A stretch of DNA of 63,918 nucleotides, filler included, from Corallochytrium limacisporum Hawaii (Eukaryota > Protista > Pluriformea), in assembly GCA_002811645.1 (NCBI GenBank). It is 4 parts of 4 records of this genome, joined end to end, with 100 filler letters (N's around TTAATTAATTAA, not from the genome) between each part and the next. Parts side by side here need not be neighbours in the genome. Positions count along the whole stretch, not along the records: positions 1 to 23,796 come from PDIP01000153.1; positions 23,897 to 43,017 come from PDIP01000028.1; 2 more parts are not named here. One strand, given 5' to 3'. Made by a program: the position numbers and the translations under genes. The first letter of the stretch is position 1. Each line of letters begins with the position of its first letter. The notes under the pieces were generated by a model. The model was not told the DNA's origin. It ran no database searches and saw nothing but the letters and a program-made list of their open reading frames with translations. This document shows, piece by piece, positions 21,724 through 34,058 of this stretch.

Positions 21724-23650
21724 AGTACTGTCAGATAGCATGCAGATCATTCAGTCATGTGGTTGGAAGGGAGCAGTACAGGGTTCCTAAACCTTTGATA
21801 TGTCACGCCCTTTATTTGCTGATATACCAAATCAGGGACCATCACAGGGCGCACATCATTGCCGGGACGGCCAACCCTGGTTCCCGCCCTACCCTACCGT
21901 GCTCACACCGTAGCGGTGCCGGTTACTTACATGTTTGGATCCCAGGGGTTTGAATTATCATCGCGATAGAACACAGATTGAATGAGTGGAGGATGCCAAC
22001 TGCGCAATATCCCTTCAACTCCGTAGTGTCTATCCACCAGCATGTGCCAAGTGCGCATTGCTACCTGGGCATCAGCGTTACTCTCATGTCGGATTCATTT
22101 TGGACAGTGGAGCGTGTGGTAACTAGAAACTTGTGCCCATAGGATCATGCACAAGTCTTAGGATCTTGAAGCTACTGCTGACGTTGATCACGGCGTACAT
22201 ATATGTAGCAAACTTGACCGGAAGGGTACGGTTGACCACAGAGCTCATGTGCAAATCTTAGGGGCTTGAACTTGTGGTAAGTATTGACACCAATGTACTG
22301 AAAAAGTATACTTGACCGAAAGGTAAGGCAGAAGGACTGGCTTGCGGGAGCAACCTCCGTCCAACGATTTCAATGTGCGGTATCACAGACGGTGCTGGCC
22401 GGACCCCGGCCCCCGTTCTGAAATGCACTGATGCAGTTCGGCATGCAGAGGTATTTTCAGCGGCCACTATAATGTCCCCTGTATCCGTTACGCTATGACA
22501 CCAGCCATGGCAAACTAGTCGGGACCTTGACCTCTCGAGTCGTGTGTGTGGGCCTGGCTGCCCTCGGACATGACATCTGGCTCACAGGGGTCACTGAGCA
22601 ATGCGAGAGCCCCGAACACAGAGATGTACACCCGGTATTATTTTGTCAATGATCCTGGTGGCCGTTGTAAAGTGGCAAGGACAGCTCCAGAAGGCAGTTC
22701 ATATGCCCCACATCATGGTCACCTCAGGTATGTTGCTTTGCTTCTTGACCTCGAACATCTGTTACGGCTATTGTGCGGTGTCCGGAACTGTCGATGATGT
22801 TTAGGGAGAGGCCGAGCCTGTACCGAGCCCCACGGTTGCTGCGGCGAGGCCCGGGCACTGGCAGGGAACGAGGTGTGGAGAATTAAGGGGGCACGCTAGA
22901 TTAGCGTATGCTTAAAAGTTACCATGGCCTTTGGACACCATTTCGGTGATCAGAATTGCATGAAGCTCATTTTCGTTTCCACTGTCCACAATCTAACCGG
23001 GGAGCCGGGGATGCGTGCCAGAGGGCCCGTCTCTGTCGGTCACCTGACTGGTCCAACCGAAGTGGAATAGGTCAATGAGAGACGGATGATCAAAAGCAGA
23101 AGATGTACAAAGGTAATGGAGAAGGTAGGGCAACCACAACTGTGTGGTTTTTGAACGAAGGAATCTGTTGGGAACATTGGCTTTCATGCTCACTCCATCT
23201 GTTTCGATGCCCCCCCCCCTCTACCCCTCCTTAACTCCCCGCTCGGGGTTTTTGGCTTTGCTGCCCTTGCACAGGGGCGCGGGACGCGGTTTGTTTGATG
23301 CGGCCTCCTCTCCCCCCTCCTCCCTACCATGGCTTCAATTGGTAATCCATACTTTAGGTGTGCAGTATCGAGGTGTGGTCCAGTCCACTGGCTTGTCCTC
23401 TCCCTACTCTACTCTGGGTACGGAGGAGTGGGCGGTCCACTGACTACACACCCTCTCCTCGGTCCAAACCGCCGCAGGCAGGGCACGACTGCGGACAGGT
23501 AAACGGCCAAGGGAAGGTGAGAGATTGAGTGTGTTTGGTGGTGTACCGTTACTCTCCACCTGCCCGCCGTCGTAGGTTGAAGACTCCATATCCGGAACGC
23601 GAGGGATGCGGTGTTGAAAAGAAGGGGAGGGGAGGGTGTGGTGCTGTGAG

Positions 23651-23796
23651 GGCGCCCACCGGTCATGTACTGATGGGCGGGATGGTCCCTCCCAAAAGCC
23701 ACAGGGTGTGGCGGTGGGGGGACGGAGGAGGGCGATGTTTGGCGCCCACCGGTCATGTACTGATGGGCGGGATGGTCCCTCCCAAAAGCCACAGGG
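23651..23796. repeat. 56-bp exact direct repeat, 90-bp period, running into a gap
   Basis: 23651-23706 identical to 23741-23796. Confidence 0.9.
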
Positions 23797-23896
23797 NNNN
23801 NNNNNNNNNNNNNNNNNNNNNNNNNNNNNNNNNNNNNNNNTTAATTAATTAANNNNNNNNNNNNNNNNNNNNNNNNNNNNNNNNNNNNNNNNNNNN
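23797..23896. other. Assembly gap with artificial TTAATTAATTAA spacer
   Basis: N44-ttaattaattaa-N44. Confidence 0.98.
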
Positions 23897-25662
23897 ACCT
23901 AGTTGTCCCCGCCCCCGGCTTCCCCCCCCCCCCCCGGCCCGGGGGGGAGAGAGACGGAGAAAGAAATTGAGAGGGAGACGGAGATTGAAAGAGAGAGAGA
24001 GAGACAGAGAGAGAAGGTGTGTGTGAGTGAGAGGAAGGGAGTGGGGGTGGGGAGGACATAGGACGACGCTTTCACTCAGGATGTGTGAGTAAACCACTGG
24101 AGAGAAGATCACCAATATTACAGTGACTGCCGCAGACGTTAATGTAGGATATCTCTACAAGGTGCACGGTGGCCTGTAGTAAGGAGTGGTTTGGTGAACT
24201 CTGACATGAGTATATGGAATGAACCCACAATACCAGTACGACTTTTTGGAGCCATTTGATCAATGTTGATGTGTGTCTGCGCACTTTGCCCGATCCCCTT
24301 TCCGAGATGCAATATCTGGGGCCGCTTACCTTCATCCGGGTCTTCATGGCGGTCATTCACAAGGGGACCCAGGACTATATAAAAACAACTGCGGCATCAG
24401 GAAGTCCATGTAGTGTCACTGGTCCAGCTCTGTTGGTCCATGAAGAAGTCCAATCGTTGCGCCTGTTTGATCAGGCAACAGATCATATACCAATAGGAGA
24501 AAATCTGGAAACGATCTAAAACTAATTTCATAATAAGCTGGAAGATCAGTGAGCCAGTGAGCCGACGTGAGTTTTGTTTTCTTACCCTGGCAAGCAAAGT
24601 ACAGACGTCGGAACACGACCGCAGCCGCTGTGAAAGTTCCCGCACCGAGGGTTGAGTCAGTTGCGGCAGATACAGCGACACCAGACTGGACAGCAAAATG
24701 TACACGTAGAGACAGACAACTGAATGACCACTGAACGACCTACACCACAGACATGGTCCTGATGGTGCTGCTGCAGAGACCAATCAGTTTGCGTAGGTGG
24801 AGACGGGTACTGGAACCATGGCCGGTCATACAAGGCGCCTTAAAACTGCTGCTCCGTAAATTTTTTTCTGACTAGGGCCGGAGTTGCCCCGGGGTGATCC
24901 GGCAAGGAGTACTGTGTGCGTGTATGTGGTTGCGATCGCGCGCGCCCCTTGCTGTAGCTAGTTGCGATAGCAGCGTAGGCTCATGCACGCATTGGTTTCC
25001 TGACTGGACGAGCGGTTGTACAATAGTCGGACAGGAACGCCTGCTCACTCGTTACGGCGGACATCTCCTATGCACATGAGCACTTATGGAATATTGATAG
25101 ACGGTTGGTAGTGTGCGCACTTTGCCGCTGCCGACGATGCCATGAAACTGTCAATGATTGCGCACTCGTCTTAGGCTTGTAGCAGTCTCTAAAGACACTG
25201 GTTTCCAGGTTAGTGAGACACTTTAGAGAGCTCTTGCCCTTCCTTGCAACACTTTGATGGCCGAGAAACTACGAAATGTAGCCAATTCCACTCGGTTTCG
25301 AGGCCTCAACTGTCAAGGGTCAGGTTGAATGGATTGCACCCTTGAGGAATTCCTGGCACTCCTCAGTATCGTTTCACGGTTGCAATATTTCTTGGTTGCC
25401 TTCCAAATTTTGAATCGATGTAATCTTGCCGTGACAGAGGAACGGATGCGGACTAGATCATGTAGATGTTGCCGGTGTACACTGTCATGGACTACATGTC
25501 CTGGTTTCAAAAAGTTCCCTCCAATCTCTTATTCCCCGAAAATAGCCTGGACACGCATGGTCCATGTCATGGACCAATAGATAATGTGTGAAAAAAAACT
25601 GACGGATCGTTTGGTAGGAAGTAGTTGGCATTATTAGGTAGTGTGTTCGCAGGGCTGGAATG

Positions 25663-25833
25663 CCCCCATAACCGGCCGAACCACAGCGCCGACTAGAGCG
25701 TCGAAGTTTCGCTTGGCCAGTCCAATTAAATGGTTAGCGTTATCAGGCACTGTGTCCACAAGGTCCCCCCATAACCGGCCGGATCACAGCGCCGACTGGC
25801 AGAGCATAGAAGTTTTGCTTGGCCGGTCCAATT
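25663..25833. repeat. Imperfect ~65-bp direct repeat
   Basis: cccccataaccggccg...cacagcgccgact...gaagttt.gcttggcc.gtccaatt at 25663 and 25766. Confidence 0.85.
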
Positions 25834-28223
25834 GATAGACAACACTAACATCAGCATGATATGCTTTGCCCGGTCGCCCGGGTAGTGTTAGTTAGCACGA
25901 GAATGACTCATGGTTTCGGCTGAGCCTTCACACCACAGATAGTGATCCATGGCGGCACACGTGCACTTCAGTTCCCCCCCGGGGGGCCCGCCCCCTTCTA
26001 ACCGGCGGAGGCTTACCCAGCCCTTCTCCCCTCTCAGCCACAAAGCTCCGTGCTGACTCTTGCTTCCCCCTCCCCCGCTCCCCCCGCGCCACTCGTTTTT
26101 TTTCGCTTCCCTGCCAAGACTATCTATCATTTGGTTAGCACACTAGGGACGGTTGCAGTTTTTGGCCGGCACCCCACCCGGAACATTCCCAAGACAACGT
26201 GACCTACCCAGCGGTCCTCAAAAATAACCGGGGCTGCACCGGGTTCGGCAGCCCTTCCCCCCTGTTGGTGTAAGGGAAAGGGCGGGGGAACGGGCAGGCG
26301 CCTCCCAGCTTCCAAACCCAGCCGTATGTCCTAAAATCATATCCGGACATCTGTAATTGCCCCAACTGCCCCCCTCCCCCCAGTGGCTACTTACTAAATG
26401 CGGCAGGAAAATTTACTAGCATACTCGCGAGCCAGCGAGGGCGCGAACCAAAAATGTACGCCGCCCCGGTTGCAAAACTCCAAGCCCCCCCCTCTCTCTC
26501 TCTACCCAGCCCTCCCGGCCCGGCCCGTTCAACCCTCCCCAGAAATGGACCTACGGCGTGCGGTGAGCGGTCGCCGCGTAGTTCTGGTGCGACGCGGTTT
26601 CATATGCGGGAACCGTGGTGTACATTACACGTAACTCTGGGGTACCTAGTATAAGTATGGAATCTGAGTGGTTGCCGCGCTCAATTTCATCGAATCCCAA
26701 GCTGTTTTGCGGTTCGGCAGTAGAAACATTTTAGCAAATGTTTGAGGTCGGTCCAGACCTCAGGCCGGTCGTACGCACGTAATAGAAACGAAACCCCCTG
26801 CAAAGATAGTGACTGTGGCTGGTGAAGCACGGGGAAGGAGATAGTGAATGTATAGGCAAACACAGACAGGAAAGATAGAGGATGGGATAAGGGAAGCGCA
26901 CAAAGAGGAAAAATACCGGGGCGCCTCCTGGACACCACCACCACGTTGGGTGCCGTCGTTTCCCGGGGGGGGGTGGAGGGGTGCTTCCTCACATTTGGGA
27001 AAAAATATTCTGCACACATTGTCCATATCTACTCCTCCCGTGTAATGCTAAGAATGTCAGCAACAGTACTGAATGTATGATGAAACATTAACATCAAACT
27101 TCAATTGCAGTTTTTTCTCTTTCGGAATTCCTAATGCATCCTCCTGTCCCTCCATCCTCACCGTGGGGAAATCTTGTTGTATGCGCAAGGAACAGGAGCA
27201 GGCGAAATGGAAGGATCCCCCCCTCCTTCTCTTTCCAAAGACAGCCGCCCCCGGCAAGAACTATATCGAGGCTGTTTGATAATGAAATGTATTGAATATG
27301 AAGCAGACATGGACAACAATATTCGAGAGGAGTCGCATGTTGCAGCCGTGCGAGGGGCGAGAAGCGTAATAATTCGCAACAATTAAGAAAAAAGGGGGCA
27401 TGGGCCACGTCCGAAAAGAGGGGGGGGGTGGTGGTGAGGGGAGGACGATTGAGAGGGTGTGGGGGGTTAGGCGAGGGATGGGAAGATCGAGACTGGCCAC
27501 CCGCCCAACCGTACAAAATGCACCTAGGACCTTCCCTCGCTTTTTTCTTTCTCTTTCCTTCCCCCTCCCCTGTCCTTGTCCTGGGGGGTGCTCGCAAGGG
27601 AATCATATAGTATTAAAACGATGGGAGGGATTTGGGAGGGGGGGCAGGGCAAGGAAATTATATGGAAAGTTTTTTGGGATACCAAATTTTCTCCCCCTCG
27701 TATTCCTCCCCATTTTGTGTTCATTTTTTTTTTCGCTCTCCATTTCCTCCAAATGAAGTGTACTAGTTTAATGGAAGGATCGCAGAGATTGATACGTCAG
27801 CCCGCGCACGGGCCTACATTGAGTATAGTGAGACCACTCTATTGAGTGCGGGGTCTGTCGAGAAAACAGTGAAGCATACGTGTCGTCACACCGAACAGTG
27901 TGAACTGATAAACATTGTCGCGTCACTCTAGGTGGCGAACAGGACAATCGAAAAGAGGCACACACTATTGGTAGCACGCGATCTTAAGTAGATGAACCCC
28001 GAACGGGACCTCGATAGTGAGGCTGAACTGCGGTTCTTGCGATGGAAGCATTGCTTTGATTTTTCAAGCAGGTATTTGGACCCATCGCAGCGAGTTAAAA
28101 GAGGTCACAATGGGCCAATCAGTGTGGAAAGAAATAGAAAAGAGACAGTGGTTCTTTGCCGTAGAACCAGCAATTCGAGAACTAGCACGTTTTCCAATTT
28201 TATGATCATTTAGAAAGCAACAG

Positions 28224-30167
28224 ATGTTACCAACAGGAAGAGTCCTGCTACGGAGGGCGGCCGTTACCTCCGGACGCAGCATTGCTCGCGCCAGGTTTGG
28301 CTATGCCACCCAGCAAGCATCATCAACAACACTCTACAACAAGGTCCTGCCCGGCCTATTCGCAGTGGGCGTAGGATCTCTGGTTCTCTTCAAGACAGTC
28401 GGCAATGGCCCGGCACATTCCAAGGGTTTGCTTACAGAGTCTAGCAAACGCCATTCTGACAGCCTCAAGAGTGTCGTCAGATCACAGAAGAATGACGACC
28501 ACGTAGACAAATTGGTCAGCAAGAGCATGCAGGATTCCGGTATGGAACAAGTAGGACCTAAGGACGAAAAACACACAGGTAGCGAAGAACAACCGGACGA
28601 GCATGTGGCCAAGTTGCGGACTGCCCCGGCCTGGAACAAGAGGCCCGACTTGCCGACCTACGACATGGACGAATTAAAGAAGCACACTGGACCTTCATCA
28701 GCTTCTGGCCGGACCTGGGTAGCCTTTGGTCATGGCGTCTACGACATGACTGAGTTTGTAGAGAACCATCCAGGTGGCAACAAGATCCTTCTCGCCGCCG
28801 GTGGCAGTGTGGAACCATGGTGGCAAGTCTACCATGTGCACGCAGAGATGGAGGTCTTTGAACTGATCGAAGAGCACCGCATTGGCAACCTCCATGAGAG
28901 TGCACGGAAACAGTTTGACGAGGAACTAAAGAAATCGGCAAGTGCCGGCGGTGACGATCCAGTCTACGGCCATGAGCCGAAGCGTCATATCGCACTGGCG
29001 GTGAAGTCAGCGAAGCCATTCAATGCTGAGACGCCCGGTGAATTGCTGGCCGACAAGTTCATTACCCCGAATGATCTGTTCTATGTGAGAAATCACTTGC
29101 CTGTGCCCGTCATTGACGCAGAAAAGTACGAACTGAAGATCAGCACGGACGTTGCCGGCCACGAGGAAGGCTCGGAGAGTGCGAGTCTGAGCCTGCAGCA
29201 CCTCAAGGATTCGCTGCCCAAGGTTGCCGTAGTTGCTGTCATCCAGTGCGGTGGCAACCGCCGCGCAGACATGAGCCAAGAAAAGAAAGTCCAAGGCCTC
29301 TCATGGCAGACTGGTGCCATTGGCAATGCCAAGTGGGCCGGAGCGAGTTTGAAGAGCTTGTTGGAATCCCGAGGCATCACATATGAGTACTGTAAGAAGA
29401 ACAATCTTCTCCATGCCCAATTCCACGGCCTTGACTCCGATGAGGCCGGTCAGACGTACGGTGCTTCCATTCCAGTATCAAAGATCTTCGATCCCGACGG
29501 TGGCGTGTTGTTGGCCTACGAAATGAATGGCAAGCCACTGCCGGTAGACCACGGTGCTCCGGTACGAGTAGTTGTGCCCGGCAGTGTCGGTGCACGGTCA
29601 GTGAAATGGCTTGGTAAAATCAAGCTGACGCAGGACGAAGTGGATAGCCAGTGGCAGAAGCGTGACTACAAGATCATGCCTCCGCACGTCGACTTCAGCA
29701 ACGTGAACTGGGACTCCGTGCCCGCGATCCAAGCCATGCCTGTGCAAAGTGCAATCTGCGAGCCCCAGGAGGGTGACACTGTCTACGTGAGCCAAGATGA
29801 CAATGAGGCCAACTTTGTGCTACGTGGCTATGCCTTCTCTGGCGGAGGCAATGGCATTCAACGCGTGGACGTGTCCCTGGACGGTGGAAAGACTTGGGAA
29901 GTAGCCGAGTTGAGTACAGAAGCGGATGAGATGGAGGCGAGGGATATCCCCAGCAAGGACTACGCCTGGGCCACTTGGCGTTACGATGCCAGCTTGAAGG
30001 CCAAGAACGGCGAAGAGATCAAAGCCGTGATCCGTGCGGTGGACACTTCTGGAAACATGCAACCAGAACGTGCTGCCTGGAACTTCCGCGGCCTGCTCAA
30101 CAATTCCTGGCACTCCATCCACATCAAGGTCAAAGAGCTGCGCGAGGAGCAAGAACGCGAAGATTAA
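28224..30167 (+). CDS. SUOX: Sulfite oxidase, mitochondrial type (cytochrome b5 + Moco + dimerisation domains)
   Basis: Arg-rich presequence plus hydrophobic stretch, b5 HPGG motif, PFNAE, FYVRNH, QCGGNRR, DHGAPVR, GARSVKW, GYAFSGGG, WNFRGLLNNSW. Confidence 0.96.
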   Translation: MLPTGRVLLRRAAVTSGRSIARARFGYATQQASSTTLYNKVLPGLFAVGVGSLVLFKTVGNGPAHSKGLLTESSKRHSDSLKSVVRSQKNDDHVDKLVSKSMQDSGMEQVGPKDEKHTGSEEQPDEHVAKLRTAPAWNKRPDLPTYDMDELKKHTGPSSASGRTWVAFGHGVYDMTEFVENHPGGNKILLAAGGSVEPWWQVYHVHAEMEVFELIEEHRIGNLHESARKQFDEELKKSASAGGDDPVYGHEPKRHIALAVKSAKPFNAETPGELLADKFITPNDLFYVRNHLPVPVIDAEKYELKISTDVAGHEEGSESASLSLQHLKDSLPKVAVVAVIQCGGNRRADMSQEKKVQGLSWQTGAIGNAKWAGASLKSLLESRGITYEYCKKNNLLHAQFHGLDSDEAGQTYGASIPVSKIFDPDGGVLLAYEMNGKPLPVDHGAPVRVVVPGSVGARSVKWLGKIKLTQDEVDSQWQKRDYKIMPPHVDFSNVNWDSVPAIQAMPVQSAICEPQEGDTVYVSQDDNEANFVLRGYAFSGGGNGIQRVDVSLDGGKTWEVAELSTEADEMEARDIPSKDYAWATWRYDASLKAKNGEEIKAVIRAVDTSGNMQPERAAWNFRGLLNNSWHSIHIKVKELREEQERED

Positions 30168-32192
30168 AGAAACAACCCCTCCTCCCCGGGGGGGGGGGAC
30201 GCGATGGACACTTACGGCCCTCGAATCCCCCTCCCCGCCTTACACATCCTTGCAACATCAGTAGTGGATTCAATCATTTTGGCCGTAGTTATTCACTACC
30301 ATTTTCCAAATCATCATCCAAAGCATATATAATACATAAGAGAATCATTAGTAGGATAGTAGTCTTAGTCTATAAGTCTATTTTTTTTTTTTCAGGTTTC
30401 TCAACGCCCCATGCGGTTGTTATATATTTTTTTTTCCAGCACACCGCCAGCACCAGCCAGGAAGAGACGGGGTAGTCACACAACACTGCACCGTACCGTA
30501 CTCCGAAACCCAACTCTTCTGACGTGTGCCATCCATCATAGCGAGGGCACGTCCTGAACCTTAACGCCCAGGCGTCACGGGTGCAAGTGCAAGCGGGTGT
30601 CGTCGTCGCGGGTAGTGAAAGGACCGGGGCAGCGGTGGAGGGTTCTTATATATGCGTGTGTGTGCGCCACTGAACCGCTTTTCGTTCAAATGGCCCCGGT
30701 GTTCCATACACCCGGAGTCGAGAAAATGTATGGCCCAAGGTCGCCTTCGTCCGCAATTGCTGAGCAACCCTCATAGTTACTGCGTGCTCCAACCTTCGCT
30801 GATGACTAATTAAGGGTGCTCTTGTCCTGTGTGTGCACGTTTGGTCCACCAGCGACACGCTGCCTTCGCCTCCCCTCCCCCCCTCCCTCCCTCCCTCCTC
30901 CTCCACAAAAAGCTCCCATTTTTCTTTTCCTTTTTGGTGTTTCCCCTTTTTCATTTTCTCAGTTTGTCTCTCGTTTTACCTTTTTCTGCTTTTCTTTTAG
31001 TATTTTTCGCGTGCTTTTGGTTCTTTCTTGCTTTTCTGTCGTTTACGCGCGCGCCTCTTCCTCCGCCGCCGGCCCCTTCCCTCCCCCTTTTTTTCTTTTT
31101 CTGTTCTTCTCCGGTCTTTAGCCAAAAAGAAAAAAAATGGAATGTAAGGGGTCCCTTTGGGAAGGCAGTTGGGTAGTGGGTTTAGCTGGTGTGTGTTTGG
31201 GGAGATCTACCCCTTCCTTCCTTCTGCAAACTTCCCCCTGCGGTCAAAGCTCTTGCCCCACACAGTCATGGGGCCATATGAATCTGTGTGTGTGTGTGTG
31301 TGTGTGTGCACGGGAAGACGCTTACGAGTTTGAAAAATATTCAACAAACCCGCCCCTCGGGAATGCGAGGTTTGGGGAATCTGGTGGCGGAAATGTCGAA
31401 GACTTACTATACATCTCCAACGCCGTTTTAATAGAGGGACCTGTGATAGATGAGGGTTGTTAGCCGTCCACGCCCGAAGGGTTCCCAAAGGTTTCTTCCG
31501 CACGGGGTAGCTGCAATCATTCGGGGCCTACACTACCGTGCAAGCTGTAGCGGTGTAATCAACCCGGGCAGGAGGGCCAGGGGAGGGGGGCAAAGAACAC
31601 AGTACGTCGTTCATCTATGATACAAACACTTAGGATTGGGAGTGGTGATGATGTGTGTGTGTGTGTGTGTCTCAGGTAGGAACCGGGCCTAATTGTCTAT
31701 TGCAACAGGCATCTCCACACGCCCCCGCCCTTCTCCCCCCCCCCCCCCTTCCCTCCTCTTTTTGCGACTGCGGCGAAGAAACCTTTGGAAATACGAATGC
31801 TTCGACACTACATACCTCGACGAGTCTGAGGATGAGAGAGTGAGATCACGTCTGGGTTGTGATTCTGCCTCTCGGCACCTTCTCTTTCTCTCTCTGCTGT
31901 TACAAGACATTCATCCCTTTATTCTGTTAGTGACTACTTGCCCCCGTGCGCGGACTGAGCGTCCTACACATGGCTCATGGAGTGCACCATATCGGTCTTC
32001 CGCTCTCTTGCGTTGGTTGGTGCGAATTAATACGAACGAATCTGAGACAAGTCCGTCTTGCGGCAAAAGGTACATGAGCGTATGGATCTCGGGATCCAAA
32101 GACATTCACAGAGAGTAAGCTTGTGTTGGGAGTACTCTCATAATTCGACAGCCTGAAGTCAAGATAATTGGCAAACTCTGGTTTGACCAAAG

Positions 32193-34058
32193 ATGATGCC
32201 ACAAGACAGCAGGGCAGAGCGCGCACGCGCGGACTGGGAGGAGAATACCAGCCAATGGGTCGTCCTGCGACAGAGGTGGACCTTTTGGATTCAAAGACAT
32301 AAATGGGCACATGCAAATTGGTTTGGGTCATGGTCATCGACCCTTATCGAGATTAACACACTGGAATTCATCACGGTGATCTTCATTGCAGGTCTATTCC
32401 TTTTAGTCGGATGGATCATGGGATCCCATTTTGGAGACGCCACACCGTTATTCTGGGGAATGGCACTGCTGTTGATTGCTCGCCACAATGTCATCACTGC
32501 GGTGACTGGTATTTCTTGGGAACGATTGGTGAAGTATCACCGCTGGTTTGCCTACCTGGCTCTGATTCCTGTGATTACCCATGGATATCACTACACCTGG
32601 GAAGACAACTTTTGCACTGGTGACCCTAATTGTGTTCCGGTAGTCTACCTTTGGGCAGACGGCATTTGGTACGGCGCATTGGCCGCCATGTTGTTTTTTG
32701 CGCTAATCATTTTGGCACTACCCATCATTCGCCGTAGATTCCACGGCTTCTTTTACGTTACGCATTTCATTTGGATCGCGGTAATTGTTGTGGCCATTCT
32801 GCACACGAACCATGTCCTCTTTTTCACAGCTCTGCCACTGGTGCTGTACGCCGTTGACAAGATCATTCGTTGGTCAAATACTACGACGGCTCGCGTTACC
32901 GACGTACAGCACTTTGATGGTGACGTGGTCAAAATTACGATCGAGAAGCCGTTTAGCTACCTTCCTGGTCAGTTTGCTTACTTCCACACCGGACCCTTTA
33001 AGCGTGGACCATATTCATGGCACCCTCTTTCGCTGAGCTCCACACCATTGGACCCAGACCATGCCACGGTGACGGTCAAAGCTGTAGGTGGATGGACTCG
33101 TGATCTGTCTAAGCAGATGTACGAAGGCCAGCAGCAACGTCTCCTAGGATCCATTGAGAAGGAGAAAGGAGACAAGGGCGAACTGTATGACGAGAGCAAC
33201 CCAGGTCAAGTGCACAACGTGCCGGCGGAAGAGCCGCACACCGTAGCTAAGGAGGACAAAGACGTCGAAGCACAAGGTTCCGCTGGTAGTGACTCCACAA
33301 AAGGTGCTCCCTTTGCCAACCCAGCCTATGACGGACCCCTCAAGGGCCAGAGAATCCATGTCTCTGGCCCCTATGGCATGCCCTCCATCCCATCACTGCA
33401 ACGCTACGATGGTCTGCTGCTCATCGGTGGCGGCATCGGTGTGACACCAATGATGAGCCAGTACCTGACGATGAATCCAGCCAGACAGTCTGAGGTCGAA
33501 CATTTGACGTACACTGCCATGCACCGCCATGGTGTCTGTCGGCTACCGGCCGAGGTTAGTGAGGTGCGCCATCGAAGGCAAATGAAAGGAACCCGACTAC
33601 TGTGGACCGTGGCGAAGGAGACGTATATTGATTGGTTTGCCGACGAGCTGGCCACCATGGGAAGGGCGCTGGCGCCAAACAATAGTGACCATAAGGCCAG
33701 TTGGGATGCCTCATGCCGTGTCTTTGTGAGCCGCCAAAAGACCCTAAGTCCCGAGTACGCCAAGGCCAGTTTGGAGGTTGAGGGCTACGAGACCAACATC
33801 GGTCGTCCGAATCTCCGTGAAGAGTTTGAGGCATTCCGAAGGGAGCTAGAGGATGCCCAGACCTACCGTCAGAGACCATCACAACTATCGTGTGGACAAG
33901 AGGATGGTGGAGCCGATTTGGAACGCCCCAAGAAGCTCTATATTGCCGTCTTTGTGTGTGGACCAGCGATCTTGATGGCTGACGTGGCCAAAATGGTGCG
34001 CTGCATGTCCGATGAGAATGCAGAGTACCATCTCCACGCCGAGACCTTCACAATGTAA
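32193..34058 (+). CDS. Ferric reductase / NOX-superfamily transmembrane oxidoreductase
   Basis: Heme His pairs (YHRW...THG; THF...ILH), FAD motif WHPLSLSS, GPYG, GGGIGVTP, VCGP, C-terminal HAETF. Confidence 0.93.
   Translation: MMPQDSRAERARADWEENTSQWVVLRQRWTFWIQRHKWAHANWFGSWSSTLIEINTLEFITVIFIAGLFLLVGWIMGSHFGDATPLFWGMALLLIARHNVITAVTGISWERLVKYHRWFAYLALIPVITHGYHYTWEDNFCTGDPNCVPVVYLWADGIWYGALAAMLFFALIILALPIIRRRFHGFFYVTHFIWIAVIVVAILHTNHVLFFTALPLVLYAVDKIIRWSNTTTARVTDVQHFDGDVVKITIEKPFSYLPGQFAYFHTGPFKRGPYSWHPLSLSSTPLDPDHATVTVKAVGGWTRDLSKQMYEGQQQRLLGSIEKEKGDKGELYDESNPGQVHNVPAEEPHTVAKEDKDVEAQGSAGSDSTKGAPFANPAYDGPLKGQRIHVSGPYGMPSIPSLQRYDGLLLIGGGIGVTPMMSQYLTMNPARQSEVEHLTYTAMHRHGVCRLPAEVSEVRHRRQMKGTRLLWTVAKETYIDWFADELATMGRALAPNNSDHKASWDASCRVFVSRQKTLSPEYAKASLEVEGYETNIGRPNLREEFEAFRRELEDAQTYRQRPSQLSCGQEDGGADLERPKKLYIAVFVCGPAILMADVAKMVRCMSDENAEYHLHAETFTM

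Noticed and set aside
23651-23796. CRISPR-like repeat-spacer-repeat
   Set aside because: Only two units, repeat too long, no cas genes, eukaryotic context, abuts a gap
23841-23852. TTAATTAATTAA palindrome (also 43062 and 61608)
   Set aside because: Centred in N runs; artificial scaffold spacer with stops in all frames
30780-31450. Phe/Leu/Ser-rich ORFs resembling membrane proteins
   Set aside because: Derived from pyrimidine-rich low-complexity DNA
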